A stretch of DNA of 64,000 nucleotides from IMG/VR virus record IMGVR_UViG_3300021387_000648, positions 82,459-146,458 of that record. One strand, given 5' to 3'. The stretch is from a virus (lineage: Duplodnaviria; Caudoviricetes). Position numbers and translations under genes: made by a program. Below, piece by piece: positions 55,986-64,000 of the stretch (its first letter is position 1; each line of letters starts with the position of its first letter). The notes under the pieces were generated by a model, which saw only the letters and a list, made by a program, of their open reading frames with translations, was not told where the DNA came from and ran no database searches.

Positions 55986-58900
55986 CGGTCTCGTCGATGT
56001 AAAAACCAATCTCGGTCACGTCAGTGCCTATGCCATTGCCAAAGCTCACGGTTTTGAAGGAACTGAGGCAGAATGGGAGGCCATGATCGCAAACGCCGGT
56101 ACCTACGGGCAGCAGGCTATGGCTTCTCAGGCAGCAGCCGAAACCGCAAGAGTCGCGGCAGAAACCGCGCAGGCGGCTGCGGAAGCGGCACAGGCGGCTG
56201 CGGAAGACGCGAGGGACAGAACCGGTGAAGAACTGGCAAACAAGGTTGACGTCGTCGCCGGTAAGGGGCTCAGCAGCAACGACTATACCGATGCCGAAAA
56301 AGAAAAGCTGGCTGCAATTGAGGAAGGCGCGAACAAGAACGTCACCGTCGACTGGAATGCGACCTACGGCGACGCCTTCATCCGAAACAAACCGAGAAAC
56401 CTTGTACAAGACGAGAATTACGTCCACACAGACAACAACCTGACGGACGCGCTGTTGGAGAAACTGGAAAACATCGAGGCCGGTGGTCAGGTGAACGTGC
56501 AGGCGGACTGGACCGAGACTGACACCGAGTCCGATGCCTTTATCCGGAACAAGCCCGAAAACCTTGTACAGGATGCCAACTACGTCCACACAGACGAGAA
56601 CTTCACCAGCGCACAGAGGCAGAAGCTTCAGAACATTGAAGCCGGTGCCGAAGTCAACGTGCAGGCAGACTGGACCGCCGTTTCCGGCGACGCCGCAATC
56701 CTGAATAAACCGGAACACCTTGTCCAGGACGCAGATTATGTGCACACGGACAACAACTACACCACGGAAGAAAAGACGAAGCTTGCCGGGGTGCAGGCTG
56801 GCGCGGAAGTCAATGTGCAGGCTGACTGGGCAGAGACGGACAGCACGAGCGACGCGTTCATTAAGAACAAGCCTCTGACCGACGTAGATAACGCTCTCAG
56901 TGATACGTCCACTGATCCTGTACAGAATAAGGTCGTCAAGGCGGCTCTGGATGAAAAGGTAGATAAGGTTGCCGGGATGCAGCTCTCTCAGAACAGCTTC
57001 ACGAACGGTGAGAAAGAGAAGCTTGCGTCTATTGCAACAGGGGCAACGAATGTTACGGTTGACTCCGCAATCTCGCAGAACTCCGATAACCCGGTATCGA
57101 GTAAGGCTATCTACACAGAGCTTTCAAAGAAGGTTAATTCAAGCGGATCAAAGCAGCTTTCCGATGAAAACTTCACTTCTGAAGAGAAAACAAAGCTTGC
57201 CGGTATTCAGAACGGCGCTACCAACGTAAGCGTTGATGCTGCAATCACTCAGAACTCCAACAATCCGGTCACGAGCGCGGCAATCTACGCGGAGCTTGCG
57301 AAGAAGGTTGACGCGGACGGCGGTGCTGGGCTCTCAGACAATAATTTCACCGATGCATATAAAGAAAAGCTTGATGGAATTGCCTCGGAAGCTACAAAGA
57401 CGATTGTAGATGCTACGATCACCGAAAATTCCACGAATCCTGTTACCAGCGCGGCAGTATTTGCAGCACTGGCAACGAAAGTGGATGCGGACGGTGGAGC
57501 CGGACTCTCGGATAACAACTTCACAGACGCATACAAGACAAAGCTGGAAGGAATTGAGGCCGGTGCTAACAAGATCACGGTAGATTCCGCGACTTCCACG
57601 ACTTCCACCAATCCGGTGCAGAACAAGGTCATAACCGGAGCTGTCAATACCGAAAATACCAGAGCCACAACGGCAGAGAACGATATCAAGAACAATCTGA
57701 TTGCCGTTTCCGATACTCAGCCGACCGCTGCAACTACGAAGCTGTGGGTCAATACGAATTCTGATGAAGACACCGTCATGATTCCGACTCTGGAAGATGT
57801 GGCGGCTTCTTGGTTTGTGGATTCCGATTACAAGGCCAAGATGAAGAAGTACTTTGAATTGAGCGGCTGCAATGCAATGCAGGATCTTACCTCCATCTGC
57901 GATAAGTGGTACAGAGCGACAAGAACCGGATGGACAGGCGGTGTGAGATTTGCGGTCCCTGCTTCCGGCGCGGCAGCGAACTCAGACGGTACAAAAACCG
58001 GAGACAATGCCGGACTGACCTGCGTTCCGTCTACCACAGAACAGGCGAATACGGACGATTACAAGAACATTCCACTGTTTGCCTGTGTTGACTGCAATGT
58101 ATATCTGGATGATACCGGAAAGCCGCACATTACCGGCATTGATGGCGTCGGCGGCGTGTTCGAGCGGAACAATCCGGAAAAGATTGTCGGCGTTCTGCAA
58201 ATGGCTGGATGGGTGCGGTTCGTCAACAACGGCGAGACCTATGGATGGGACTACACCGATGAAGAGAATGCGAGCGGCTTCCATCCGTTGAGTGAAGCGG
58301 TAGAGCTTGCGGACAACTCGATCCGAAGTTGGGTTGTGCATGGCAAGTACAACTTTGGCGAGAACTGGACCTGCTGTTCCGGCGTCAAAACAAAGGTTTG
58401 GAATGTGTCCCACAACACACAGCTTTCCGGCGTTCGGACCCAGTGGGGAACAAGGTACTGCGGCGCAACGAGCGCGGATGACGCATGGCTCAAACTGATG
58501 CTTTATCTCAAATATGGTCAGCTCGATTCCGACCGTATTCTCCACGGCTGCAATAACTACAACTATGAGTACCAGCCTGCCCTTGCCGAAACCGGAGTGG
58601 AAAGAATCCTTCTCACGACCGCGCAGGCCGCGAACCTGATTGTCGGTTCAACGATTGTCCTTGCAGCATCGAAACGTGCTCAGAGCAACGTTCTGGACCG
58701 CGTGAGAATCACGGAAATCCGGACAGTCGAAGTAGATGGGGCTTCTTACGGCGCTGTTTATGTGGACAATGGCGGCACCACGTTTGATACGACAACGGAA
58801 ATGTGGCTGTCTACCATGCAGTGGTATACCGGCAGCACGGACGACGTCCTCGGCAATGACGGCGGTATCGATCCCGCCTCGGATAAGTACCCGGTCAAGC

Positions 58901-59370
58901 TTCAAGGAATTGAATACATGGTCGGATGCTACGAGGCGATGGGCGATACCATGCTGATCTACGGTGCCAACAACGGAGTGAACTGCTGCACGCCTTGGGT
59001 ATGCAGAGATGCCACAAAGCTGTCCACGAGCAAGACGAGCGATTATGTGAGCTGCGGTCTTGGCATTCCGACACCGGCCTCTGCTGCGTGGCAGTATCCG
59101 AAACAGATGCACGGAGACAATGACCTGCCAGAACTGATCTTCCCAGTAGATAACGGCGGAAGCACTTCCGGTGGCCCACGCGATGGTTTTTACACGCTTG
59201 CCAATACGAGCGGCACCTATGAGTGGCTGCGCCTCGGCACCCTGGACCACGGCGTCGGGTATGCTGGGTTGTCGTGCGGTCTCGGTGACTTCGGCCTCGC
59301 GGGCGCGAACTGGTCCCTCGGCGGGCGGCTTTCTGTAACCGGTAATAGGGGGGAATTCCAAGCGGCCTAA
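55963..59370 (+). CDS. DGR target: repeat-stalk tail fibre with C-terminal CLec-type variable domain
   Basis: VQADW/FIRNKP and NPV..K repeats; its 3' end is the VR (..GLAGANWSLGGRLS). Confidence 0.85.
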   Translation: MPTIEEHDGLVDVKTNLGHVSAYAIAKAHGFEGTEAEWEAMIANAGTYGQQAMASQAAAETARVAAETAQAAAEAAQAAAEDARDRTGEELANKVDVVAGKGLSSNDYTDAEKEKLAAIEEGANKNVTVDWNATYGDAFIRNKPRNLVQDENYVHTDNNLTDALLEKLENIEAGGQVNVQADWTETDTESDAFIRNKPENLVQDANYVHTDENFTSAQRQKLQNIEAGAEVNVQADWTAVSGDAAILNKPEHLVQDADYVHTDNNYTTEEKTKLAGVQAGAEVNVQADWAETDSTSDAFIKNKPLTDVDNALSDTSTDPVQNKVVKAALDEKVDKVAGMQLSQNSFTNGEKEKLASIATGATNVTVDSAISQNSDNPVSSKAIYTELSKKVNSSGSKQLSDENFTSEEKTKLAGIQNGATNVSVDAAITQNSNNPVTSAAIYAELAKKVDADGGAGLSDNNFTDAYKEKLDGIASEATKTIVDATITENSTNPVTSAAVFAALATKVDADGGAGLSDNNFTDAYKTKLEGIEAGANKITVDSATSTTSTNPVQNKVITGAVNTENTRATTAENDIKNNLIAVSDTQPTAATTKLWVNTNSDEDTVMIPTLEDVAASWFVDSDYKAKMKKYFELSGCNAMQDLTSICDKWYRATRTGWTGGVRFAVPASGAAANSDGTKTGDNAGLTCVPSTTEQANTDDYKNIPLFACVDCNVYLDDTGKPHITGIDGVGGVFERNNPEKIVGVLQMAGWVRFVNNGETYGWDYTDEENASGFHPLSEAVELADNSIRSWVVHGKYNFGENWTCCSGVKTKVWNVSHNTQLSGVRTQWGTRYCGATSADDAWLKLMLYLKYGQLDSDRILHGCNNYNYEYQPALAETGVERILLTTAQAANLIVGSTIVLAASKRAQSNVLDRVRITEIRTVEVDGASYGAVYVDNGGTTFDTTTEMWLSTMQWYTGSTDDVLGNDGGIDPASDKYPVKLQGIEYMVGCYEAMGDTMLIYGANNGVNCCTPWVCRDATKLSTSKTSDYVSCGLGIPTPASAAWQYPKQMHGDNDLPELIFPVDNGGSTSGGPRDGFYTLANTSGTYEWLRLGTLDHGVGYAGLSCGLGDFGLAGANWSLGGRLSVTGNRGEFQAA
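56270..57660 (+). repeat. tandem coding repeats in the tail-fibre stalk
   Basis: About four ~50-aa units (DW..DAFIRNKPENLVQDANYVHTD) then about five ~55-aa units (VD..I...S.NPV...AL..KVD..GLS.NNFT). Confidence 0.8.
59223..59332 (+). repeat. DGR variable repeat (VR)
   Basis: 110 nt matching the spliced TR with 16 mismatches, all at TR adenines. Confidence 0.95.
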
Positions 59371-59399
59371 GACGCTTGGAAGAGGGGACTTTGTCCCCT
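59356..59399 (+). promoter_or_regulatory. two hairpins downstream of the VR (DGR cis-acting elements)
   Basis: TTCCAAGCG-N8-CGCTTGGAA and AGGGGAC-TTT-GTCCCCT. Confidence 0.7.
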
Positions 59400-59447
59400 T
59401 ATAAAACAATAACAAATTGGGATGGATTGTGCATCCGCTGGTGCCCG

Positions 59448-59750
59448 GTGGCTGCGCCTCGGCAACCTGAACAACGGCGTCGGGAATGCTGGGTTGTCGT
59501 GCGGTAACGGTAAGCAAATTGCCCCTTCATATGGCGACATATGATTGAACTTCGAATAACGGGGGAAGCCTAAATCTTGAAAAAGACAAGGTAATCCCGT
59601 GGCGTCAACTATGAAAATAGAACGCCCGAACGACTGACAAGAAGCATCTCTTTTGTGGAGATGATGATACAGTCTACTCCATGCGGAAACGTATGGTAAT
59701 CAGGAACAACGGCCTCACGAACGCGAACTGGAACATCGGCGGGCGGATTT
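59448..59750 (+). repeat. DGR template repeat (TR) in two exons, 59448-59511 and 59705-59750
   Basis: AAC-rich copy of the VR, interrupted by 193 nt. Confidence 0.93.
59512..59704 (+). mobile_element. group I self-splicing intron (no ORF) inside the TR
   Basis: 5' exon ends in U pairing with G in P1 (GGU|AA-GCAAA-UUGCC); P2, P4-P6, P7 GACUG/CAGUC, P8 and P9 present; GNRA loops; terminal G. Confidence 0.88.
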
Positions 59751-59974
59751 TTAGAATGATTTTGACACGAATTTGATGAGAGGCGATATGCCTCAAGCAC
59801 AATTATTCCCACGCTGCGGCGAAAATGTGTCGTTCCGGCACCGGGGGCAGTTATGAGATTTGAAACTGATCCCCGGGTGTATGACGAATAAGGTCATGCG
59901 CGGGCTTAGTAGAAAAACCGAAAGGCCCTGAGATTCAAAAAGATTCTTTGCCATTGGAGGGATAGACCTTAAAC

Positions 59975-61162
59975 ATGAAAACGTACTGCAAAAAGGTAGA
60001 TCCCTCCGATGTTTCTACGATTGAACCGTTTATTTATGATGCTTTGTATTCCAAGCTTGGCCGCAAAGACTATTCTGACTTTGTTTCAAGATACTGCGAC
60101 ATGCGCCCGAAAGAGATTCGAAAAAAGAAGCATGAAGGTATCGCGCACTATCCGGAACTGGAAAAGGCGGTCAGAAACATTGCGCTGGATATATCTTTGA
60201 GGATCAGGCAGCGGTCATTGGATTTGGAGCCTATACGGTTTTCTGTGCGCACGGATGGCCTGAGCAAGAAAACGAGAATTATAGGCATTGAGAGCGTGAT
60301 ACAGCAGATCATTGAACATGTTGCTGTCGGCTGCATGACTGAGCTTTGGAAAGCAAAGTATGAGTATCACCAGTATGCAAGTATCAAAGGGAAGGGTCAA
60401 CTAAAGGGCGCAAGGGCAATACAGAGATGGACAGAAGAGGGCAAGACAAAATACTTCGTAAAGTTGGATGTGAGAAAGTGCTTCCAAAGCCTGAGCCGCG
60501 AAACTGCGATGCGCTGGCTTAAAAGAGATATTGGGAAAAACGGTCAAATGCTTTGGCTTGTGGACTCTCTCTTGACAATGCACGGAGAAGGTCTTGTGAT
60601 CGGAAGTCTTCTGTCACAGTTCTTATGCAACTATTTTATGAGTTATGCGTATCGGTATGTGATGTCGCTTTCAAAAGAAAGACGGGGTAAGAAAATTAAT
60701 ATGGTTTCCTGTGCTCTGTTCTATATGGATGACATATTGCTGTGCAGCAATGACCGAAGAAATCTCGTCATGGCGGTAAGAAAACTGATCGCCTATATGA
60801 AGAAAAGTTTTGGACTGGACATCAAACCAGAATGGCATGTCAAGCGTCATGTGGACTGCGGCATTGATATGATGGGGTATGTGATCAAGTATAACGGCAA
60901 ACTGAGAATACGTCCCAGAGTGTTCATACGGGCCCGCAGAGCTTTCGTGCGGTCTGCAGAAGGTGATAACTCAATCAAGATTCAAACTCGCGTAGCGTCT
61001 TATTACGGCTTCTTCAAAGCAACAAGGATTATGAAGCTGAGGACGGTACATTTTATTCCGAAAACCGGAAAGAGACGAACAGTCAACGTCCGGGCAATGC
61101 AGAAGAAATCAGCTATACTGACAGGTGCAGAAGCAAGGAGGGAAATGGAATGCGCTGCATAA
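59975..61162 (+). CDS. DGR reverse transcriptase
   Basis: KLDVRKCF, GLVIGSLLSQ (DGR-type SQ motif), YMDD, IDMMGY; adjacent to the TR. Confidence 0.93.
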   Translation: MKTYCKKVDPSDVSTIEPFIYDALYSKLGRKDYSDFVSRYCDMRPKEIRKKKHEGIAHYPELEKAVRNIALDISLRIRQRSLDLEPIRFSVRTDGLSKKTRIIGIESVIQQIIEHVAVGCMTELWKAKYEYHQYASIKGKGQLKGARAIQRWTEEGKTKYFVKLDVRKCFQSLSRETAMRWLKRDIGKNGQMLWLVDSLLTMHGEGLVIGSLLSQFLCNYFMSYAYRYVMSLSKERRGKKINMVSCALFYMDDILLCSNDRRNLVMAVRKLIAYMKKSFGLDIKPEWHVKRHVDCGIDMMGYVIKYNGKLRIRPRVFIRARRAFVRSAEGDNSIKIQTRVASYYGFFKATRIMKLRTVHFIPKTGKRRTVNVRAMQKKSAILTGAEARREMECAA

Positions 61163-61479
61163 GTGTATCTGCTGAGAAGCAGAAAGATGTTGAAGTAAAT
61201 ATCTTTGATGGAACTGCGCACATCTATCTCAGAACCGGTCATGTAGAAAAGACCGGCGAAGGTGAAGGCTCTGAGGGCGGAAACTACTGGGAATGCGAAG
61301 AGGCATATATGACCTGCGATGCGGATGACGCTCCGGCAATTGATGAGATCGGAGAAGCGTTTGACGCGTGGTTTGGTTATGTGTCTGACTGGCAGGCACC
61401 GAAAGAGAAGACCCTGAAAGAGCTTCAGGCAGATATCGAATATATAGCGGCAATGTCCGGTATTGATTTGGAGGTGTAA
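61150..61479 (+). CDS. acidic tail-associated small protein
   Basis: Ends ADIEYIAAMSGIDL, a pattern typical of the gene preceding XkdX. Confidence 0.6.
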   Translation: MRCISVSAEKQKDVEVNIFDGTAHIYLRTGHVEKTGEGEGSEGGNYWECEEAYMTCDADDAPAIDEIGEAFDAWFGYVSDWQAPKEKTLKELQADIEYIAAMSGIDLEV

Positions 61480-61482
61480 CCG

Positions 61483-61653
61483 GTGGCACTTCACAGCAAA
61501 AACTATCTTATGATCAAGAGAAATTTTGACCGGCAGCTTTGGAGCGTTGACAAGGTCAGAAGCCTTGTCGGTGTGCCGAGAACCGGAATCACAGCGGCGG
61601 AATTCTTTGAGATAACAGGCGAGGAATTCGGCCCAGAGACTACCGAAAGCTGA
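61483..61653 (+). CDS. XkdX-like small protein
   Basis: GGAGG RBS, GTG start; W...V...ITAAEFFEITGEEF. Confidence 0.7.
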   Translation: MALHSKNYLMIKRNFDRQLWSVDKVRSLVGVPRTGITAAEFFEITGEEFGPETTES

Positions 61654-61666
61654 GGTTGTACTTGAC

Positions 61667-61834
61667 ATGAAGAAAGCTTTGGTATTGGAAAAAGAAGACA
61701 TTCGCAAGATCCTTGCTGAGAAGTACAAGGTGGACAGCAAGAGTATTATCACAAATGCTTATTCGTACACGGTTGTTCTGGATGACATAGAAGATACGGA
61801 TAAGCCCGATAATTCAGTAGAGGGCGGTGGTTAA
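61667..61834 (+). CDS. small hypothetical protein (55 aa)
   Basis: GAGG RBS, open frame MKKALVLEKEDIRKILAEKY. Confidence 0.55.
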   Translation: MKKALVLEKEDIRKILAEKYKVDSKSIITNAYSYTVVLDDIEDTDKPDNSVEGGG

Positions 61835-61837
61835 TCT

Positions 61838-63799
61838 ATGGCATTGGAGTTCAAAAGAAACAAGCTCAATGTAAAAGACGGAACCGGTACATTCGTTGAG
61901 ATTCCAGTTCTCGGTGAGCAGGAAACCGAAAAAGCAACTGCCGGTGAGCTCGCAATTGAGGTAAGCAGAGCGACTGCTGCAGAAGATGCTCTTGCAGAGC
62001 AAGTCAGCCGTCTTCAAAAAGTGGTGGGTTCTCCGTTCGTTGCGAACACTGCTGCGAGCATGACAAACACTGACAGAGTGTATGTGTATACCGGCAGCGA
62101 ATCGGGTTATACAGCGGGCAATTGGTACTACTACGACGGCAGCGCTTGGGTGTCTGGCGGTGTATATAATTCCGCAGGAATGAATACTGACACGACGCTT
62201 GCAATGGCCGGAATTCCTGCTGACGCAGAAGCCACGGGAGAAGCGGTTGCTGAGTTAAGTCGCCATTTAAGTGACTCAATCACTAAAACAGTAGGGAAAA
62301 ATCTACTGAACACAGATGTAGCGGTTGATGGCTATTTAAATGCAGACGGTACTATTCATGCAAATTCTTCGTCACAAGATTGGAAAACATCTGACTTTAT
62401 CAATGTCAATGGGCAAGAATCTATTGCGTTTTCTTACGATAATAACGGTGTAAGAGCGGCATTATCTGTAAGTTTTATAACGCTTTACGATGCGGAAAAA
62501 CAAGTTAATGAACAGTTAAGTGGGATTAAATCTGTGCTCGCTATATCAAGCGGTACAAGTTATATCAGATTCAGCTATCACAGCACATTTTCTGATATTA
62601 TGGCTGAGTTTGGAGAGTCTTTTACAACTCCTTATGAACCCTATGAAGAGTTTACTGGGCTTGTAAACAGCCTTTATCCGACGCTTGACCAAACAAAAAC
62701 AGCACTTGCGGATGGCAAATTCCTCAACAATGAATCCGTTAGCGAAAAACAGACGTCTTTCATTCAGAGCGTGGAAGGTAAAAACCTTTATACAGGAGAA
62801 AATGAAGTTGATGGATATTTAAACGCAAATGGGACTATTCATGCAAACAGCTCATCAACTGACTGGTTGACAACAGATTTTATTAACGTTGCAGGAATGG
62901 ACTATATCACATTTAGTGCTTATGTTCTGTCAGTGAACCGCAGGGCGAAAGTTAACATGCATTTCCTCTGCGTGTATAATTCCGAAAAAACGATTATTGA
63001 ACAGGTATCCGGCAATCCAAAAACATATGCTGTAGGTCAAAATGTCGCATATATCAGATTTAGTTATCATGGCACACTTTATGAAGATATACAGGTTGAA
63101 AACAACAGTGACATGACAGGATATGAACCGTATGCGCTGTTTAATGTATTGAAAAACGCTTTATATCAGTCATGGGTTGATAAAAAGTGGACTGTTGTTG
63201 GTGATTCATTGACAGAAGTAAACAGCAGAACAGACAAACATTATTATGATTACGTTTCTGAAGAAACAGGAATCAATGTTCACATAATGGGCGTTGGTGG
63301 AACTGGTTATATCAGAGGGCAAGGCGATAATAATGCTTTCTATCAGCGCATATCATCTGTGCCGACAAATTCAGATGTCATTACTATCTTTGGCTCATTA
63401 AATGACCTTGGGTCAGGTGCAGAACTTGGTACAGCGGACGATACTGGCACAACAACAATAGGTGGGTGCATCAACACAACACTTGATAATTTGTTCGCTG
63501 TTATTCCACTCGCAAACGTAGGAATCGTTACACCGACGCCGTGGAATGGCAATGGCTATGCACCTATTGATGAACCAAACAACGCATCTAACTATGTCGA
63601 TCTGATAAAGGCGATTTGCAAAAAGCGTTCAATACCATGCCTTGATTTGTTCCATGAATCTCTTCTCAGGCCGTGGGATTCTACATTCAGACAGCTTGCA
63701 TATAGCAAGGACGAAGGAAGCGGGACGCACCCGGACGAAAACGGTCACAAGCTGATAGCACCACGATTCAAGGGATTCCTTGACACTCTGATTATTTAA
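61838..63799 (+). CDS. tail-type protein with C-terminal SGNH/GDSL hydrolase
   Basis: VYVYTGSE.GY..GNWYY N-terminus; duplicated GKNL..YIRFSYH domain; GDSLT, G.ND, GTHP. Confidence 0.85.
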   Translation: MALEFKRNKLNVKDGTGTFVEIPVLGEQETEKATAGELAIEVSRATAAEDALAEQVSRLQKVVGSPFVANTAASMTNTDRVYVYTGSESGYTAGNWYYYDGSAWVSGGVYNSAGMNTDTTLAMAGIPADAEATGEAVAELSRHLSDSITKTVGKNLLNTDVAVDGYLNADGTIHANSSSQDWKTSDFINVNGQESIAFSYDNNGVRAALSVSFITLYDAEKQVNEQLSGIKSVLAISSGTSYIRFSYHSTFSDIMAEFGESFTTPYEPYEEFTGLVNSLYPTLDQTKTALADGKFLNNESVSEKQTSFIQSVEGKNLYTGENEVDGYLNANGTIHANSSSTDWLTTDFINVAGMDYITFSAYVLSVNRRAKVNMHFLCVYNSEKTIIEQVSGNPKTYAVGQNVAYIRFSYHGTLYEDIQVENNSDMTGYEPYALFNVLKNALYQSWVDKKWTVVGDSLTEVNSRTDKHYYDYVSEETGINVHIMGVGGTGYIRGQGDNNAFYQRISSVPTNSDVITIFGSLNDLGSGAELGTADDTGTTTIGGCINTTLDNLFAVIPLANVGIVTPTPWNGNGYAPIDEPNNASNYVDLIKAICKKRSIPCLDLFHESLLRPWDSTFRQLAYSKDEGSGTHPDENGHKLIAPRFKGFLDTLII

Positions 63800-63841
63800 A
63801 GGCCTATTTTACGCACATTAATACACACTATGGAGAGAGAC

Positions 63842-64000
63842 ATGGATGAAGTTCCGCGCTGGATAGATATTTACCATTACGGGTTCGGTTATTCAAAATG
63901 CCCACATTGCGGTGATGAAACAGGTTGGTATAATCCAATGAGCAATCGGTTCCAGAGCGACTTAGAGAACAACAAGCGCGAGTATTGTCCCAAGTGCAAC
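63842..64000 (+). CDS. zinc-ribbon protein (truncated by the window end)
   Basis: GGAGAG RBS; CPHCG...CPKC. Confidence 0.55.
   Translation, partial: MDEVPRWIDIYHYGFGYSKCPHCGDETGWYNPMSNRFQSDLENNKREYCPKCN

Noticed and set aside
55480-57660. Tandem DNA repeats as a CRISPR array
   Set aside because: In-frame degenerate coding repeats with no unique spacers; no cas genes.
59975-61162. RT as a group II intron maturase or retron RT
   Set aside because: SQ motif, an adjacent TR/VR pair with A-specific changes, and no group II domain V or msr-msd; the nearby intron has group I features.
1-64000. Stop-codon reassignment
   Set aside because: Genes are full length in code 11, TAA/TAG/TGA all end genes, and no CTA/TCA suppressor tRNA was seen.

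Overview
A 64-kb segment of a tailed dsDNA phage (siphovirus-type morphogenesis module; GGAGG RBSs and TTGACA-17-TATAAT promoters suggest a Bacillota host). Essentially all genes are on the + strand. Order: tRNA array (12 tRNAs, 1 atypical tRNA-like gene, long structured non-coding spacers), ParB-like pair, GNAT, thyX, terminase, portal (with fused Nudix), MuF, DUF2213 protease/scaffold, cement, DUF2184 major capsid, neck, two tail-tube paralogs, tape measure, baseplate/tail fibres, a diversity-generating retroelement (DGR), and an SGNH tail-type protein. Two things stand out. (1) The DGR template repeat is split by a 193-nt group I intron with all core helices readable; once the intron is removed, TR aligns without gaps to the VR with 16 differences, all at TR adenines. 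(2) About nine large non-structural genes interleaved with the head genes share N-terminal leaders (Y[RK]xRRxxR[LIV], then [RH]xD, then HGNTxLPFGLC or WxTxxGxHV modules). They carry different toxin-like C-terminal domains, often followed by small immunity-like genes, and the same RxD motif occurs in the capsid, scaffold, portal and MuF proteins. This suggests a capsid-packaged, protease-processed effector arsenal. All calls come from reading motifs by eye; no database searches were run.
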